From: Eledone cirrhosa
Taxonomy: Eukaryota
DNA length: 64,000 nucleotides
Direction: 5' to 3'
Assembly: GCA_964016885.1 (NCBI GenBank)
Contig: OZ024743.1
Span: 163,866,001-163,930,000, forward strand
Shown: positions 59,140-64,000 of the stretch, piece after piece
Numbering within the stretch: position 1 is the stretch's first letter
Layout of the letters: each line of letters begins with the position of its first letter
Program-made: the position numbers and the translations under genes
Notes under the pieces: generated by a model
Databases searched by the model: none
The model's input: the letters and a program-made list of their open reading frames with translations, nothing else
What the model was told of the DNA's origin: nothing

Positions 59140-59176
<37 letters not shown>

Positions 59177-59320
59177 GTACATGCACACATATACATGTAC
59201 TCCCATATATATATATATATATATATATATTTATGTAAAAGGTAACAGAAATAACAACACAATCGGTACAGTATATGGAAGGAATATATTAGGTTAACGC
59301 TTGATATAGTAGGAAGAGGG

Positions 59321-59357
59321 TCTTAACGTTTCGGACGCTAGTCCTTCAGCAGAAGAA
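59321..59357 (-). ncRNA. Minimal type I hammerhead-like motif (A6C variant)
   Basis: Minus strand reads TCTT CTGCTGA A GGAC tagc GTCC GAAA CG TT AAGA, with palindromic stem III ACGT. Confidence 0.65.
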
Positions 59358-59699
59358 AGAATGAGAAATAAGATAGATTGAGGGGACGGGCGGGTTGGAA
59401 TTGGAAAAAATGTCTTTAGATAAAAATAACAGATCCATTCATATTGACATCTCTTGCAAAGGTCATTGTTGAAAGTCTCTGGATTTCGCAGAATACTTTA
59501 TATTTTTTATTGGAGAAGGTAAGATATTTTTCCGCAAAAATTTGATTGCATTGTTTTGTTTCCATTTATGTATTTTTTGAAAATGTTATTTATTCATTAT
59601 AAGAATTAAATGATAGCATTCTATATGTAGATGGGCCCCCTTTATCTCCTGGCAACCAATATTTTTAGACCCAGTCTGTTACTGTATATATATATATAT

Positions 59700-60350
59700 A
59701 TAAGTATGTATACGTACATACATATATGTATACAGACGTATAGTAGTATGTATATATATACATACATGCATACATATATATATGTACGTATGGATTTACC
59801 GAACATTTATTATAATGCTCGATTTGTTTGTAAACAAACATCCCGAATTAAGCCGTACAGTGTTTAGCAACCATTGTTGCCCTTTTGTTCAACACTGACA
59901 AAGGAACGATGTACTAGTTTCAAGCTTATTAGCTATTGTCAGCACCATATACCTTCCTGCCAGATGATTGAATGTCTGAAAGTATATACTTTCCTTATGC
60001 ATATTAACGGCTGAGCAGCCTAATTTGCATATCGAGTGAGTTAATCGGCCAGGCACACCAAAAACGATAAATGGAAAAAATGAAACAAAATTTAATTTCT
60101 CACTCTTAGTACGGTTGTTACTTAAATATAAGTATGTACACGTACATACATATATGTATACAAACGTACAGTAGTATGTATATATATACATATATGCACA
60201 CATATATATATGTACGTTTGGATTTACCGAACATTTATTATAATGCTCGGTTTGTTTGTAAACAAACATCCCGTACTAAGAGTGAAAAATGAAATTTCGT
60301 TTCAGTTTTTCCATATATATATATATGGAAAAAATGAAACGAAATTTCTT
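59700..60350 (-). mobile_element. Second hammerhead-bearing partial-tandem plus inverted non-coding element
   Basis: 59701-59845 is repeated at 60129-60272 (period ~428 bp). 60270-60313 is the reverse complement of 60071-60114. Confidence 0.7.
59908..59946 (-). ncRNA. Minimal type I hammerhead-like motif (G8A variant)
   Basis: Minus strand reads GGTG CTGACAA tAGC taataa GCTt GAAA CTAG TA CATC, with palindromic stem III ACTAGT and a GUA site. Confidence 0.65.
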
Positions 60351-60604
60351 AGTAGTGTGTTAGATTTTGCCTACCACAATGTTCAATTTGTCAAGCTATT
60401 TAAACGTATGTTATTACTCTAAAGACCTACCTTGTCAAGTGCTTTGCTAACTCATTCATATCATAGGTCGAATTTGCTTGCACACTGCCAGAGATTCGAT
60501 TTTACTAAGCCTCCAATTATATATATATATATATATGTGTATGTATATATATGTGTGTGTATGTATCTATATATATATGTGTGTATGTATATATGTATAT
60601 AATA

Positions 60605-63292
60605 TCATCATCATCATCATTTAACATCCATCTTCCACGCTAGCATGGGTCTGGACGGGAATTGTCCCACTTGAGGCCAGATTGGTTGTCTTGCTCAGGA
60701 CTCTCTGGTGGGTTATCTACAGCTGGATGCCCTTCCTAACACCAACCACGTTTATAGTGTGGACTGGGCGGTTTTTACCGTGTTACCTACACAGCCACAT
60801 TACAGTGTGGACTGTGTTTTTTTGTCGTGACACCTACACAACCTCATTTATTTAAGACTGGATGTTGAGGTACCAACATAGCTTTACATCGAAAGGGGTG
60901 GTGTAGATGGCCATGGGGGTAGGGGTAGTGGGACGAGGGTGTATTTTGGTTAAAAGGTGCCTACTGACTGTAGGTTTCGCTTTGTACTTAGGCAAGGCGG
61001 GTCTTCTGTATTACTACGTAGTGACATTATCTTGGAGAGGTGTAAGTGTGTGAGGTCGGATTTTATCAAGTCCCAAGTTTTTCTAGATCTGCCTACTCCG
61101 TAGCTACCGTCTATTTTGATCGCCCTGCACTTTGTTATACAGCTGTCATCTTTCATGCGCATCACGTGACCATACCAACGTAGTCTTCTCTCAAGTAAAC
61201 AGCATCTGATCCCTCTTATTCCTAATTTCTCACTTAGTTCATTTATGCTTTGCCGTTCGCGTATATTACTATTACACATCCAACGGAGCATGCAAGCTTC
61301 ATTCCTCTCCAGTCTGCGTAGATCCTCTGCACACAAGGCCCATGTCTCACTGCCATGTAACATCGCTGTTCGTATGCAGGCATCATACAGCCTGCCTTTT
61401 ATTTTTAGAGAGAAACCTTTAGTGGCCAATAGTGGTATAAGCTCTCTGAACTTTTTCCATCCCATTCGGACTCCAGCTACAGTACTTTCGGAGCACCCTC
61501 CACCACTGCTGATTTTGTCACCCAGGTAACAGAAGGTGTCCACTATTTCTATAGAACCATCTGGGCAATGGAATGAGCTAGTATTCTGTGGACATTTGCT
61601 GCTACTTATTGCACCAGAGCACCGACCACATATAAAATCTATATTCTTAGTTAGCTTACCTGTGATCCCACTACATCTTTTATGCACCCATACTTTGCAT
61701 TTGGGACATAAAATGGAGTTTCTGCCTACTCCTTTCCTACACACTGAGCATGGCCATTTCCCAGATGGGACCAGTGCCCTATTCTCCTTGCTACATATTA
61801 GGACTTTAGTCTTAGACAAGTTAACTTTAAGGCCTTTTGATTCTAGGCCATCCTTCCATGTTTGGAATTTCTTCTCTAGTTCCGCCATTGATTCGGCTAT
61901 GAGTGTTAGATCATCTGCATAGAGAAGTTCCCATGGACAGCCGGTCTTGAACTCCTCCGTTATAGCTTGGAGAGCGATAATAAATAGGAGGGGGCTAAAG
62001 ACGGAACCCTGATGAACACCAACTTTTACGCTAAACTCTTCACTATATTTGTTGTTAATTCTAACCTTGCTGACTGTTTCTTTATACATGGCTTGTATAG
62101 CTCTCACAAGCCATTAATCTACACCTAGTTTTCTAAGAGCCCACCAGATAATGGAGCCGGAGACTCTGTCAAAGGCTTTCTCCAGGTCTACAAAAGCTAA
62201 GAAGAGGGGTTTACTTTTAGCTAGGTACTTCTCCTGTAGTTGTCGTACAAGGAAAAGAGCGTCTGTGGTACTTTTACCTGACACAAACCAGAACTGCATT
62301 TCATCTAGATCAATTCGCTCTCTGATTAGTTGCACTATTACTTTTTCTGTGACCTTCATGACCTGGTCAATTAATTTAATGCCTCTATAGTTTCCCCTAT
62401 CTAGGGCATCTCCTTTACCCTTGTAGCAGTTAATGATGATGCTGCTACGCCAGTCCTTTGGTACGACCCCATTCTGTATAACTTGGTTTATTATACTACC
62501 TTCAACTTGCACTGCTGGTCCCTCTATTGGATCGATGTGGGGGAGACTGTTTTTCTCCCATTTATTCTCCTCATTTAGTAGCCTTTCGTAATGACACTTC
62601 CAAGCTACCTTCTTATCAGCGTCAGTGATGGCAAGTACACCATCATCATTACGGACACACTTCTCCCCGACAATATCACGGTTCTCCTGAACACCTCACG
62701 TTTTTGGTCCACGCGTTGTAGAACATGCTTGAACTTTCTTTCCTCTGCTTCCCTTCTTGCAAAGTACACTTGTCTCCTAGCTTCCCTCCTAGCCACTTGA
62801 TAGTCTTCTCTACTTCCCCCATCCCGCCATACTTTCCAAGCCTGCTTTTTGGCCTTGATTGACTCCTCCACCTTACTGTTCCACCACCAAGTTTCTCTCC
62901 TCCTGCCTATAGGTCTGCTCCAGCCACAGATTTCATCTGTCGCCTTCAGCAGGTTAGCTTTCAGGAATTCCCACTGTTCCTCTATATTGTACGACTCTAA
63001 TTGCTCTTCCTTACTGTCAAAAGCATCAAGTAATATGCTTTTAAATTTATTACTGGCTGTGGGGTCCTTTAACTTCCATATTTTTCTCCTAAGGATAGTC
63101 CTCTGTTGTCGAATACGTCTCATCCTGACTATGAGGTCGCTAACTATGAGGCTATGTTGGGAGGTGCATTCTTCATGGGGGAGGGATTTAGTGTTTACAA
63201 CAGACACTCTGTCTCGTCTTCTGGTAAGGATATAATCTATCTGACTCGCGTGTTCCCCTGATCTATAGGTGATCAATTGATTGTCTCGTTTT
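60605..63292 (-). mobile_element. RTE LINE (subfamily B), truncated within the endonuclease, with small internal deletions
   Basis: ORFs 62605..63411 (QIDYIL, SQHSLI), 62114..62512 and 60950..62107 (LYADD, finger, YLG). It has a (CAT)n tail and (TA)n flanks. Confidence 0.95.
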
Positions 63293-63323
63293 TTTGAAGT
63301 TAATATATCTGTATGTGTGTATG

Positions 63324-63394
<71 letters not shown>

Positions 63395-63407
63395 ATGTAT
63401 TTATATA

Positions 63408-63749
63408 TCATTTCATCATTTCATTTTACGTCCGCTTTTTCCCTGCTTGCAAGGGTGGGACGGGAACTGATTCTGGCTTGATTTCTACAGCTGGATGCCC
63501 TTCCTAACACCAACCTCTTTTACAGTGAGTGCTGGGTGCTTTTTTGCCGTGGCACCTCCACGACCACTTTGCAGTGGAATGACAGGGACCCCAGTCCCCT
63601 ATCATCTCATTTCTACAGCTGAGTAAACTGGAGCAATGTGAAATAAAGTGTCTTACTCAAGAAAACAACACATCACCCGGTCTGAGAATTGAACTCACAA
63701 CCTTTCGATTGCAAGGCCAATACTCTAACCACTAAGCCATGTGCTTCCA
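63408..63749 (-). mobile_element. tRNA/CORE-like SINE with RTE tail
   Basis: Near-identical to the other copies and embedded in TA/TG microsatellite. Confidence 0.9.
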
Positions 63750-63821
63750 TATATATATGTGTGTGTGTATGTATATATATATATATATACACGTATGTGT
63801 ATGTATATATATATATGTGTG

Positions 63822-63852
<31 letters not shown>

Positions 63853-64000
63853 ATGTATGCATATCTTTTGTAAGTAGGTGTATGTGAATGTACATATATG
63901 TGCATGTGTATACTGAATATTTATGTGTGTGTATATACGTATATGCACGCATGTGTATATTATATGCATATATGTGTGAGTATATGTATGTGTATGTTTA

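Larger units (their letters stand above)
56210..59140 (-). mobile_element. Penelope-like retroelement (RT plus GIY-YIG, Neptune-like), frameshifted
   Basis: LSKGLKFTP, KQANKGGAVV, LYGLPKVHK..LRPII, SFDVVSLYTNI, GTAM.TKFAPVYAN, WKRYLDD, LPFLD, YYKHTDTHQYL..SCHP, Cys linker KCNDSRCGTC, and GIY-YIG LIYCIKC..LYVGQT..ER..H. Confidence 0.93.

Overview
AT-rich eukaryotic DNA made almost entirely of transposable elements, microsatellites and minisatellites. I found no convincing host protein-coding exon. The repeat repertoire suggests an octopod cephalopod intron or intergenic region (inference only). It includes tRNA-derived CORE-like and Meta-like SINEs, abundant RTE LINEs with (ATG)n tails, Helitrons, mariners and a Penelope-like element (PLE). 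Main contents: (1) About 10 RTE-clade LINE copies from at least two young subfamilies; their reverse transcriptase (RT) carries a C4HC3 PHD-finger-like insertion between RT motifs 6 and 7. (2) A tRNA/CORE SINE whose 3' tail matches the RTE 3' UTR. (3) A decayed RepHel Helitron and two non-autonomous Helitrons. (4) A decayed GIY-YIG PLE. (5) A CR1-like LINE fragment, mariner remnants, hAT, piggyBac-type and TA-flanked MITEs, and a solo LTR. (6) At least eight type I hammerhead-ribozyme-like motifs read by eye. Two loci carrying them are non-coding ~430-bp partial-tandem units with an inverted terminal segment, resembling retrozymes or non-autonomous PLEs. Boundaries were placed by eye and are approximate; no database searches or folding programs were run.
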